This document shows positions 9,917-17,889 of a stretch of DNA of 32,000 nt, piece after piece. The position numbers and the translations under genes are program-made. This stretch comes from Kineococcus radiotolerans SRS30216 = ATCC BAA-149 (GTDB lineage Bacteria; Actinomycetota; Actinomycetes; Actinomycetales; Kineococcaceae): the NCBI RefSeq assembly GCF_000017305.1, contig NC_009664.2:2760001-2792000 (forward strand). Reading direction: 5' to 3'. Below the pieces are notes generated by a model. It was given only the letters and a program-made list of their open reading frames with translations, was not told the DNA's origin and did no database searches. Position 1 is the first letter of the stretch, and each line of letters opens with the position of its first letter.

Positions 9917-11320
9917 GTGAAGGCCTGGGCCGTCGGCAGCGTGCCGGAGAACCGGCGCCCCGGGTCGTCGTCGGCGTGGCTGCTGCTCATCCTCTTCCTG
10001 CCCGTCGTGGGCCTGCCGCTGTTCTTCCTGCTGGGCAGCCCCTACGTGACCGGCCGCCGCCACCGGGTGCAGGAGGCGGCGAACCGGGCCATCGCCGAGC
10101 GGGTCGAGGAACTGCCGGACCTGCCGCCGGGGTTCGTGGCCGACGAGCACCTGGCCTCGGTGCTGGAGCTGAACCGGCGGCTCACCGCCCTGCCGTGCGT
10201 CTCGGGTGACCACCGGCGGCTGCTGCCCGACGGGGAGTTCGTCGCCGCCCTCTGCGCCGCCGTGGCAGCGGCGGAGCGCACCGTGGACGTCGAGTTCTAC
10301 ATCGCCGCCCTCGACGCGACGACGGAACCGTTCTTCGACGCCCTGCGCGACGCCGTCGCCCGCGGGGTGCGGGTCCGCTTCCTCTACGACCACCTCGGCG
10401 CGCGCCGGTACCCCGGCCACGCGGCCATGAACCGGCGCCTCACCGCCGACGGCGTCGAGTGGCACCGGATGATGCCGATCGACCCGCTGCGCCGGCGGTG
10501 GCGCCGCCCGGACCTGCGCAACCACCGCAAGCTCGTCGTCGTGGACGGCCGGACGGGTTTCGTCGGGTCGCAGAACCTCATCGACCCCGGGTACCTCGTC
10601 CGCAAGAACGTCCGCGCGGGCCGGCGCTGGGTCGACCTCAACGTGGAACTCACCGGTTCCGTCGTGCAGTCGCTGGAGGCCGTGTTCGCCACCGACTGGT
10701 ACGCCGAGACGGGGGAGGTCCTCGACGAGGTCGCCACCCCGACCGCGCACACGGTGCCGGGCGGCTCGACCGGCGCCTTCCAGGTCGTCCCCTCCGGGCC
10801 GGGGTTCCCCACCGAACCGAACCTGCGGATGTTCACCGCCCTGATCCACGCCGCGACCCGCCGGGTCTCGATCGTCAGCCCCTACTTCGTCCCCGACGAG
10901 AGCCTGGAGCAGGCCATCACCACCGCGGCCTACCGCGGGGTCGAGGTCGAGCTGTTCGTCTCCGAGCGCGCCGACCAGTTCATGGTCCACCACGCCCAGT
11001 GCTCCTACTACGCGACCCTGCTGCGGGCCGGGGTCCGCATCCACCGGCTCCCGTACCCGGCGGTGCTGCACAGCAAGGTCCTCGTCGTGGACGGCGCCCG
11101 GGCGGTCATCGGTTCCAGCAACATGGACATGCGCTCCTTCAACCTCGACTACGAGGTGTCGCTGCTGGGGCTGGAACCGGACTTCGTGCGCCAGCTGAGC
11201 GAGGTCGTCGACGGCTACCGCGCCCGCTCGCGGGAACTCACGCCGGAGGCGTGGTCGCAGCGGCCGTACCGGCGGCGCTACCTGGACAACGTCATGCGGC
11301 TCACCGCCGCCCTCCAGTAG
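9917..11320 (+). CDS. cls: Cardiolipin synthase (PLD superfamily, two HKD motifs); the true start may lie upstream at about 9866
   Basis: PENRRPGSSSAWLLLILFLPVVGLPLFFLLG is a Cls TM2 signature. HKD motifs are NHRKLVVVDGRTGFVGSQN and LHSKVLVVDGARAVIGSSN. 9917 is the first canonical (GTG) start, but the in-frame upstream sequence encodes TM-like LITIALLSELLVVVDFL. Confidence 0.88.
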   Translation: MKAWAVGSVPENRRPGSSSAWLLLILFLPVVGLPLFFLLGSPYVTGRRHRVQEAANRAIAERVEELPDLPPGFVADEHLASVLELNRRLTALPCVSGDHRRLLPDGEFVAALCAAVAAAERTVDVEFYIAALDATTEPFFDALRDAVARGVRVRFLYDHLGARRYPGHAAMNRRLTADGVEWHRMMPIDPLRRRWRRPDLRNHRKLVVVDGRTGFVGSQNLIDPGYLVRKNVRAGRRWVDLNVELTGSVVQSLEAVFATDWYAETGEVLDEVATPTAHTVPGGSTGAFQVVPSGPGFPTEPNLRMFTALIHAATRRVSIVSPYFVPDESLEQAITTAAYRGVEVELFVSERADQFMVHHAQCSYYATLLRAGVRIHRLPYPAVLHSKVLVVDGARAVIGSSNMDMRSFNLDYEVSLLGLEPDFVRQLSEVVDGYRARSRELTPEAWSQRPYRRRYLDNVMRLTAALQ

Positions 11321-11367
11321 CGCGGCGGGCCCTTGCCCATCGGTTCGCGCAGGTCGACCATGGGCGC

Positions 11368-12417
11368 GTGTCCCCGTCACCACCCCCGCCGCCGGGACCG
11401 CTGGCCGAGGCGGAGCGCCTGGCCGCGGTCTCCGGAGCGGTGCGGGCCGGTGCGGCCGACGGGGGCGGCGACGGGCTGCAGCGGCTGGTGGCGATGGCCG
11501 CGCGGGTCCTGGACGTCCCGGTGGCGATGGTCTCCTTCATCACCGCCGAGGAGGAGGTCATCCAGGCGGCGGTGGGCCTGCCCGAGCCGTGGGCGTCGCT
11601 GCGCACCACCCCGCTGTCGCACTCCCTCTGCGTCCAGGTCGTCCGCGGCGACGGCCCGGTCGTCCTCTTCGACGCGCGCCAGGACCCCGCCTACCGCGAG
11701 CACGCGGCGGTGCTCGAGATGGGGGCCGGGGCCTACGCGGGCTACCCCCTGCGCCACGGCGAGCACGTCCTGGGGGCCTTCTGCGCCGCCGACTTCGCGC
11801 CCCGGTCGTGGTCGGAGGACGACCTGCGGCTGCTGGAGGACCTGGCCGCCGTGGTCTCGACCGAGCTGACGCTGCGCACCACCGTGCAGGAGCTGGAGGC
11901 GTCCCGGGCCCGGCTGGAGGACCTCACCCGGCGGCTGCACGAGCAGTCGCGCACCGACGTCCTCACCGGTGCGGCCAACCGCCGGCGGGTGCGGGAGGTG
12001 CTCGCCGACCACGTCGCCCGCCTGGAGCGCCACGGGGGCGACCTGGCCATGACGCTGATCGACGTGGACTCCTTCAAGCGCATCAACGACGTCGCCGGGC
12101 ACCGGACCGGCGACGCCGTCCTCACCGAGATCGCCGCCCGCCTCCAGGACACCATCCGGCGCCCCGACCTGCTGGCGCGCGTGGGCGGGGACGAGTTCGC
12201 CGTCCTGCTGCCCGACACCGACCTGGCCGCGGCCGAGCACCTGGCGCGGCGCCTGCGCCACGTCGTCGGGGACGAGCCGGTGGCCGGGTGGCCGGTCACC
12301 GTGTCCACCGGCACCGCGGTCTACGACCCCGACCGGGGTCTCGAGCAGCTGTACGCCGACGCCGACGCCGCCCTGTACGAGGCCAAGGGCACCCGCGCCC
12401 GGGACGACGACGGCTGA
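11368..12417 (+). CDS. GAF domain-containing diguanylate cyclase (GGDEF)
   Basis: The GAF-like region is LQRLVAMAARVLDVPVAMVSFI...YAGYPL. A coiled linker follows, then DVLTGAANRR, IDVDSFKRINDVAGHRTGD and RVGGDEFAVLL. An RRPD I-site lies 5 aa before GGDEF. GTG 11368 is the first in-frame start after the cls stop. Confidence 0.85.
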   Translation: MSPSPPPPPGPLAEAERLAAVSGAVRAGAADGGGDGLQRLVAMAARVLDVPVAMVSFITAEEEVIQAAVGLPEPWASLRTTPLSHSLCVQVVRGDGPVVLFDARQDPAYREHAAVLEMGAGAYAGYPLRHGEHVLGAFCAADFAPRSWSEDDLRLLEDLAAVVSTELTLRTTVQELEASRARLEDLTRRLHEQSRTDVLTGAANRRRVREVLADHVARLERHGGDLAMTLIDVDSFKRINDVAGHRTGDAVLTEIAARLQDTIRRPDLLARVGGDEFAVLLPDTDLAAAEHLARRLRHVVGDEPVAGWPVTVSTGTAVYDPDRGLEQLYADADAALYEAKGTRARDDDG

Positions 12418-12443
12418 GGACGCCGGGCGGGCGCCCCGCGGGT

Positions 12444-13682
12444 TCAGTCGGTGGCGGCGACGCGGATCGTCAGGCCGTCCAGGTACGACGCGACGTTCGC
12501 CCGGACCTGCGCGACGGTGTCGCCGCCGAACTTCTCCAGCACGGCGTCGGCGAGCACGAGCGCCACCATGGCCTCGGCCACGACCCCGGCCGCCGGCACG
12601 GCGCAGACGTCGGAACGCTGCGCGATCGCCTGCGCCGCACCGCCGGAGGCGGTGTCGACGGTGTCCAGGGCCCGCGGCACCGTCGAGATGGGCTTCATGG
12701 CCGCCCGCACCCGCAGGACCTCGCCGTTGGTCATCCCGCCCTCGATGCCGCCCGCGCGGTCGGTGCGCCGGCGCACGGTCATCCCCCCGGCGTCGGAACC
12801 GCCGTCGGTGCGCTCGATCTCGTCGTGGGCCTGCGAACCCCGGCGGCGGGCGGTCTCGAAGCCGTCGCCGACCTCGACGCCCTTGATGGCCTGGATGCCC
12901 ATGAGCGCCGCGGCCAGGCGGGCGTCGAGCTTGCGGTCCCAGTGCACGTAGGAACCCAGGCCCGGGGGCAGGTCGTGCACGACGACCTCGACGACCCCGC
13001 CGAGGGTGTCGCCCTGGGTGTGCGCCTCGTCGATCTCGGCGACCATGGCCGCGCTGGCGGTGGGGTCCACGCAGCGGACCGGGTCCGCGTCGACGGCGTC
13101 GCGCGCGCCGCGCCCGGGGACGACGCCCGCCGGCGCGTCGACGGTGCCCAGCGAGACGACGTGGGAGACGACCTCGGCCCCCACCGCCTGCTCCAGGAAG
13201 GCGCGGGCCACCTCGCCGAGGGCGACGCGGGTCGCGGTCTCGCGCGCGGAGGCGCGCTCCAGGACGGGGCGGGCGTCGTCGAAGCCGTACTTCTGCATGC
13301 CGGTGAGGTCGGCGTGGCCCGGGCGGGGGCGGGTCAGGGGGGCGGAGCGGCCGCGGGCGGGCAACCGGCCCGGCTCGTCGTAGCGGCGGCCCTCGGCGTC
13401 GACGGGGTCGGCGGCCATGACCTCCGACCAGCGGGGCCACTCGGTGTTGCCGATGCGCAGCGCGACCGGGCCGCCCTGGGTGAGGCCGTGGCGGATGCCG
13501 CCGATGACCTCCAGCTCGTCCTGCTCGAAGTTCATCCGGGCCCCGCGCCCGTGCCCGAGGCGGCGGCGGGCCAGGGCGGCGCGGATCCGGGCGCTGTCGA
13601 CCTCCACACCGGCCGGGAGGCCCTCGAGGATCCCCGCCAGCGCGGGTCCGTGGGATTCACCAGAGGTCAGCCAGCGCAGCAC
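12444..13682 (-). CDS. aroC: Chorismate synthase
   Basis: GTG at 13682 gives [25 protein letters not shown]. Further motifs are [33 protein letters not shown] and ERASARETA. Confidence 0.95.
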   Translation of the reverse strand: MLRWLTSGESHGPALAGILEGLPAGVEVDSARIRAALARRRLGHGRGARMNFEQDELEVIGGIRHGLTQGGPVALRIGNTEWPRWSEVMAADPVDAEGRRYDEPGRLPARGRSAPLTRPRPGHADLTGMQKYGFDDARPVLERASARETATRVALGEVARAFLEQAVGAEVVSHVVSLGTVDAPAGVVPGRGARDAVDADPVRCVDPTASAAMVAEIDEAHTQGDTLGGVVEVVVHDLPPGLGSYVHWDRKLDARLAAALMGIQAIKGVEVGDGFETARRRGSQAHDEIERTDGGSDAGGMTVRRRTDRAGGIEGGMTNGEVLRVRAAMKPISTVPRALDTVDTASGGAAQAIAQRSDVCAVPAAGVVAEAMVALVLADAVLEKFGGDTVAQVRANVASYLDGLTIRVAATD

Positions 13683-13867
13683 CCCATGATTCTGCCGCAC
13701 CGCCGGAGCACCCGCCCCCACCGCGGGGGGCTCGGGGCCGGGCGCCCCGGGGGCCGCGGGTGGTTGCACCCGGTGGTGGCGGCGGGCAGGCTGTGCGGCG
13801 TCCGAGCGGTGCCGGTACCCGCCGGCTCCGGACCGCCGGCGCCCCCACGTCGTGAAGGAAGAACCCC

Positions 13868-14752
13868 GTGCTGCGTGCTCGCCCCTCCCACCGCCTCGCC
13901 TCCGCCGCCGCGGTCGTCGCCGCCACCGGCGCCGCGCTGCTCGCCGGCAGCTCCCCGGCCGCCGCGGCCACCTGCTCCGACGTCGACGTCGTCTTCGCCC
14001 GCGGCACCGGGGAGACCCCCGGCCTGGGCGTCGTCGGCGGGCCCTTCGTGCGCTCGCTGACCGGCGAGCTGTCCGACCGCACCGTCACCTCCCACGCCGT
14101 GGACTACGCCGCGAGCAGCTCCCAGGCCAGCGCCGGCCCCGGGGCCACCGCCATGAGCGCGCACGTGCGCGAGGTCGCCGCGGCCTGCCCCTCGACGCGC
14201 TTCGTCCTCGGCGGCTACTCCCAGGGCGCCACCGTCACCGACATCGCCCTCGGCATCCGCACCGGCACCACCACCGGCACCCCGGTCCCGGCCGAGCTCG
14301 CCGGGCGGGTCGCGGCGGTCGTGGTGTTCGGCAACCCCCTGGGCCTGAGCGGGCGCACCATCGCCACCGCCAGCTCCACCTACGGGCCGAAGTCCAAGGA
14401 CTACTGCAACAGCAGCGACTCCGTCTGCGGCAGCGCCCCGAAGACCGGCACCGGCGGCCACCTCAGCTACGCGAGCAACGGGTCGACGACCGACGGCGCG
14501 CGCTTCGCGGCGGGCCTGGTGCGCGCGGCCGGCACGCCCACGACCCCGACCCCCACGCCCACCCCGACCCCGGTGCCCACCACCTGCGTGCGCGACAGCA
14601 CCCGCGACCACGTCGCCGCCGACCGGGCGGTCAGCCTGTACGGGCGCGCCTACGCGCGCGGCTCCCGCGACAGCCTCGGCGCCACGAGCAGCTACAACGT
14701 CGTCTCGCTGCAGCAGGTCGAGGGCGGCTGGCGGCTCGTCACCGCCTGCTGA
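13868..14752 (+). CDS. Secreted cutinase-family serine esterase with a Thr/Pro linker and a small Cys-bounded C-terminal domain
   Basis: Signal peptide ([13 protein letters not shown]), [14 protein letters not shown], the GYSQG nucleophile elbow, VVVFGNP and GGHLSY. A (TP)n linker spans 14534-14584. A 55-aa tail runs C...C. Confidence 0.88.
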   Translation: MLRARPSHRLASAAAVVAATGAALLAGSSPAAAATCSDVDVVFARGTGETPGLGVVGGPFVRSLTGELSDRTVTSHAVDYAASSSQASAGPGATAMSAHVREVAAACPSTRFVLGGYSQGATVTDIALGIRTGTTTGTPVPAELAGRVAAVVVFGNPLGLSGRTIATASSTYGPKSKDYCNSSDSVCGSAPKTGTGGHLSYASNGSTTDGARFAAGLVRAAGTPTTPTPTPTPTPVPTTCVRDSTRDHVAADRAVSLYGRAYARGSRDSLGATSSYNVVSLQQVEGGWRLVTAC

Positions 14753-14761
14753 CCGCGTGCC

Positions 14762-14791
14762 GCGACCTCGCCGCTCAGTCGGCGAGGTCGC
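14762..14791. terminator. Bidirectional hairpin between convergent cutinase and lrp genes (11-bp perfect stem, 8-nt loop)
   Basis: GCGACCTCGCC-gctcagtc-GGCGAGGTCGC. The right arm overlaps the last codons of the Lrp gene. No T-tract. Confidence 0.5.
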
Positions 14792-15251
14792 TGAGCAGCG
14801 GGTCGACCCGGTAGGGCACGAGCTCGCGCATGGCCAGCGAGGTCCGGGTCCGCACGACGCCGGGGATGGACAGCAGCTCCTGACCCACCCGGTAGAGGTC
14901 GTCGGCGTCGCGCGCCACGACGCGGCACATCAGGTCCCCGTCACCGGTGATCCCGTGGACCTCGAGGACCTCGGGGGTCTCCCGCAGCCGGCGCAGGGTG
15001 TCGTCCTGCTGCCCCTGGTGGATCTCGATCATGACGAACGCCGACACGGAGAAGCCCAGGGCGGCGGGGGCCAGCCGGCGGGAGAACCGGTGCAGGACGC
15101 CGTCGGACTCCAGCCGCTCCAGGTGCGCCTGGACCGTCCCCCGGGCCAGGCCCAGCTGGCGCGAGAGACCCAGCACGGTCGCGCGCGGATCCTCGTCCAG
15201 GGCGAGGAGGATCCGGGCATCGATGGTGTCGAGGCGGCGCACGAGTGACAT
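14775..15251 (-). CDS. Lrp/AsnC family transcriptional regulator
   Basis: LDTIDARILLALDEDPRATVLGLSRQLGLARGTVQAHLERLESDGV is the HTH. The C-terminal RAM/ACT-like domain includes VHGITGDGDLMCRVVARD. Confidence 0.92.
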   Translation of the reverse strand: MSLVRRLDTIDARILLALDEDPRATVLGLSRQLGLARGTVQAHLERLESDGVLHRFSRRLAPAALGFSVSAFVMIEIHQGQQDDTLRRLRETPEVLEVHGITGDGDLMCRVVARDADDLYRVGQELLSIPGVVRTRTSLAMRELVPYRVDPLLSDLAD

Positions 15252-15289
15252 CTTGACGCATCGGGGGCGCTACCGAGCGGACAATGTGC

Positions 15290-15628
15290 TCACTCGGGGC
15301 GCGGAGTCCCGACCTCGACGACCACGTCGTCCCCCACGACCTCGACGAGGTGGGTGCGGACGGGGACGAGGGCGGGCGGACCGGAGGGTTCGCCCGTGCG
15401 CAGGTCGAACGCGGAGGCGTGCCGGGGGCACTCCACCGCGCAGTCCTCCACCCAGCCCTCCGACAGCGACTCGTCGGCGTGGGTGCAGGCGTCGTCGATG
15501 GCGAACAGCTCGCCCTCCACGTTGAACACCGACACGGGGGCGGTGAGCTCCGGGCGGTCCACGCGGACCACCTCACCGGGGGGCAGGTCCGCCAGCGCGC
15601 ACGCCACGATCCGGGTTCCAGCAGGCAC
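15290..15628 (-). CDS. Rieske [2Fe-2S] ferredoxin (non-heme iron oxygenase ferredoxin-type subunit)
   Basis: Rieske ligand motifs are C-T-H (DDACTHAD) and C-P-R-H (VECPRHAS) at the expected spacing. The protein is 112 aa. Confidence 0.88.
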   Translation of the reverse strand: MPAGTRIVACALADLPPGEVVRVDRPELTAPVSVFNVEGELFAIDDACTHADESLSEGWVEDCAVECPRHASAFDLRTGEPSGPPALVPVRTHLVEVVGDDVVVEVGTPRPE

Positions 15629-15698
15629 GGGTCGAACTCCTCACGGCTCACGGGCAGGTCGGGGTGATCCTGCCACCCGGGCCGCACCGGGCCACCCG

Positions 15699-15716
15699 GA
15701 CGGGCCCGCGCCCGTC
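15699..15716 (-). terminator. Hairpin overlapping the ku stop codon (7-bp stem GACGGGC/GCCCGTC, 4-nt loop)
   Basis: Perfect inverted repeat. No U-tract, so function is uncertain. Confidence 0.3.
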
Positions 15717-16890
15717 AGGCGCTCCTGCGGGCCGGGGCCGCCCTCCCGGTGGTGGTCTTCCTCGCGGCGGTCTTCCCCGTCGCGGTCTTCCCCGTCGCGG
15801 TCCTCGTCGCGGTGGCCTTCTTCGCCGCGGCCTTCCCGGCGGTGCTCTCCTTCACCGCGACCACCTCCGCGCCGGCCTTCTTCGCGGTGGCCTTCTTCGC
15901 GGTGGCCTTCTTCGCGGTGGCCTTCTTCGCGGTGGCCTTCTTCGCGGTGGCCTTCTTCGCGGTGGCCTTCTTCGCGGTGGCCTTCTTCGCGGTGGCCTTC
16001 TTCGTCGCCGCCTTCTTCGCGGTGGTCCTCCCCGCGGCCGCCTTCCGCGCCGGGGCCTTGCCCGCGGTGCCCCCGGCCGGGGCCGCGTCCCCCGTCCCGC
16101 CGCGGGCGCGTTCGACGCTGCGCTGCAGCGCGGTCAGCAGGTCGAGCACGTCGTCGCCGTCCCCGTCGGCCGTGGACGCGTCGTCGCCCGCGACCGCGGG
16201 GGCGTCGCCGGCCTCGGCGAGGCGGGCCTCGACGAGGTGCTCCACCGCGGCCGCGTAGTCGTCCTCGAACTCCTCGGGGTGGAAGTCGCCGGTGAGGGAC
16301 TCCACGAGCGAGGCGGCCATCGCCAGCTCCTGCGGGCGCAGGTCGACGTCGGTGCCCAGCGCCTCGAAGTCGGCCGGGCGCACCTCGTCGGGCCACAGGG
16401 TGGTCTGCAGCACGATCACGTCGTCGCGGACCCGCAGCACCGCGATCGACTCGCGCTGGCGCAGCGCGACCTTCACCACGGCCACCCGGTCGGTCGCGGC
16501 GAGCGCCCCGCGCAGCAGCGCGTAGGGCTTGACCGCGCGCGGCTCGGGCTCCAGGTAGTACGGCCTGGAGAGCAGGACCGGGTCGACCTGGTCGGCGGGG
16601 ACGAACTGCAGCACCTCGATGGCGTGGCCGCTGGCCACGGGCAGCTGCGCGAGGTCCTCGTCGGTGAGCACGACGAGCCTGCCGTCGACGCTCTCGTAGC
16701 CCTTGGCGACCTCGTCGTAGGCGATCTCCTCGCCGCAGACGGAGCACGTCCGCTTCATCCGGATCCGCCCACCGTCGCTACGGTGGACCTGGTGGAAGCG
16801 GATGTCGTGCTCGCCGGTCGCGGCGTGGAGCCGGACGGGGACGTTGACGAGGCCGAAGGACACGGCCCCCTTCCAGATGGCGCGCGGCAC
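15715..16890 (-). CDS. ku: Ku protein (NHEJ DNA-end binding) with a long Lys/Ala/Thr-rich C-terminal tail
   Basis: GTG 16890 is preceded by GGGAGGGG and gives MPRAIWKGAVSFGLVNVPVRLHAAT. Further motifs are PYYLEP and KPYALL. The last ~126 aa are low-complexity with AKKAT repeats. The 959-aa track ORF is real only from 16890 down. Confidence 0.92.
   Translation of the reverse strand: MPRAIWKGAVSFGLVNVPVRLHAATGEHDIRFHQVHRSDGGRIRMKRTCSVCGEEIAYDEVAKGYESVDGRLVVLTDEDLAQLPVASGHAIEVLQFVPADQVDPVLLSRPYYLEPEPRAVKPYALLRGALAATDRVAVVKVALRQRESIAVLRVRDDVIVLQTTLWPDEVRPADFEALGTDVDLRPQELAMAASLVESLTGDFHPEEFEDDYAAAVEHLVEARLAEAGDAPAVAGDDASTADGDGDDVLDLLTALQRSVERARGGTGDAAPAGGTAGKAPARKAAAGRTTAKKAATKKATAKKATAKKATAKKATAKKATAKKATAKKATAKKATAKKAGAEVVAVKESTAGKAAAKKATATRTATGKTATGKTAARKTTTGRAAPARRSA
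15874..16023. repeat. 15-bp tandem repeat (GGCCTTCTTCGCGGT): 8 perfect copies plus 2 degenerate ones, inside the ku tail
   Basis: Perfect units start at 15874, 15889, ... 15979. Variants start at 15994 and 16009. The repeat encodes (AKKAT)n on the minus strand. Confidence 0.95.
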
Positions 16891-16956
16891 GGCGTACCCC
16901 TCCCGGAGATCGGATCCCCACCGTACGGGCTGGGTCCCGGCCCCGCCCGGGGACCG

Positions 16957-17826
16957 GTGGCGCTGCCCGCGGGGGTCTGGCGCGAGCGCGAGGCCGCGCA
17001 CGCCCGCCGCGCCCACGAGCTGACCGCCGCCGCGGTGCAGCGCCGCGGCCGGGGGGAGGCGCACCCGGTGGAGGACTTCCTCTTCACCTACTACTCGTGG
17101 GCGCCGGGGAGGCTGGCGCGCTGGCACCCCGGGGTCGGGGTGCTGCTGGAGGACGCGGGGGAGCGCGCGGACTGGGCGCACTACGCGAGCTCCCCCGCCG
17201 GGGTGGGGGTCGACGGGGCGGGGCTGCTCGCGTCCCGGGCCCCCACCGTCCGGCTGGCCCGCGACGTGCTGGCCGCGACGCGCGGGCGCGCTCCGCAGCT
17301 GGCCTGCTTCGGGCTGCACGAGTGGGCGATGGTCCACCGCACCGAGCCCGCGGGGGTCCGCCACGCGGGCCTGCCGCTGCGGCTGGGGCACGCGGGGACG
17401 GACGCGGTCGTGGAGTCGCACCGCATCCGGTGCAGCCACTACGACGCCTTCCGCTTCTTCACCCCCACTGCCGTCCCGCTCAACGAGCTGCGCCCCACGC
17501 GCACCGACCAGCCCGCGCAGGAGCAGCCGGGGTGCCTGCACGCGACGATGGACCTCTACCGGTGGGCGATGAAGCTCTCGCCCGCGGTGCCGGGGGAACT
17601 GCTGCTGGACTGCTTCGAGCTCGCCCGCGACGTGCGGGTGCTCGACATGCGCGCCTCGCCCTACGACGTCTCCGGCCTGGGGTACGCGCCCGTGGCCATC
17701 GAGACCCCCGAGGGCAAGGCGGAGTACGTCCGGGCCCAGCGGGAGTTCGCCGAGCGCGCCGACCCGCTGCGGGTGCGGCTGCTGGCGGTGTGCGACGCGC
17801 TGCTGGCCGCGGGGGAGCCCGGGTAG
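16957..17826 (+). CDS. Conserved actinobacterial protein of the family often auto-annotated as 3-methyladenine DNA glycosylase (function unproven)
   Basis: GTG 16957 gives VALPAGVWREREAAHARRAHELT. Conserved strings are HPVEDFLFTYYS, FGLHEWAMV, RCSHYDAFRFFT, GCLHATMDLYRWA and LDMRASPYD. The family name is from memory. Only the last 290 codons of the 720-aa track ORF are real. Confidence 0.7.
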   Translation: MALPAGVWREREAAHARRAHELTAAAVQRRGRGEAHPVEDFLFTYYSWAPGRLARWHPGVGVLLEDAGERADWAHYASSPAGVGVDGAGLLASRAPTVRLARDVLAATRGRAPQLACFGLHEWAMVHRTEPAGVRHAGLPLRLGHAGTDAVVESHRIRCSHYDAFRFFTPTAVPLNELRPTRTDQPAQEQPGCLHATMDLYRWAMKLSPAVPGELLLDCFELARDVRVLDMRASPYDVSGLGYAPVAIETPEGKAEYVRAQREFAERADPLRVRLLAVCDALLAAGEPG

Positions 17827-17889
17827 CGCCCGGGTGTGGGGTCGGTCACGGGGACCCCGCCGGGGTTGAGGTCCGGCGCGCGGTGACCG

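Noticed and set aside
15874-16023. The regular short tandem repeats as a possible CRISPR array or intergenic minisatellite.
   Set aside because: The units are contiguous with no spacers, only 15 bp long, and in frame inside ku, where they encode (AKKAT)n. There are no cas genes in the window.
15664-16956. N-terminal 431 codons of the 720-aa plus-strand ORF.
   Set aside because: This is an antisense shadow of ku, including an LLRGG repeat that mirrors the AKKAT array. The conserved protein begins near GTG 16957.
16802-17023. 73-aa ORF spanning the ku/glycosylase-like divergent region.
   Set aside because: It overlaps the starts of both flanking genes, has no SD sequence and a composition-biased translation. 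It is most likely spurious.
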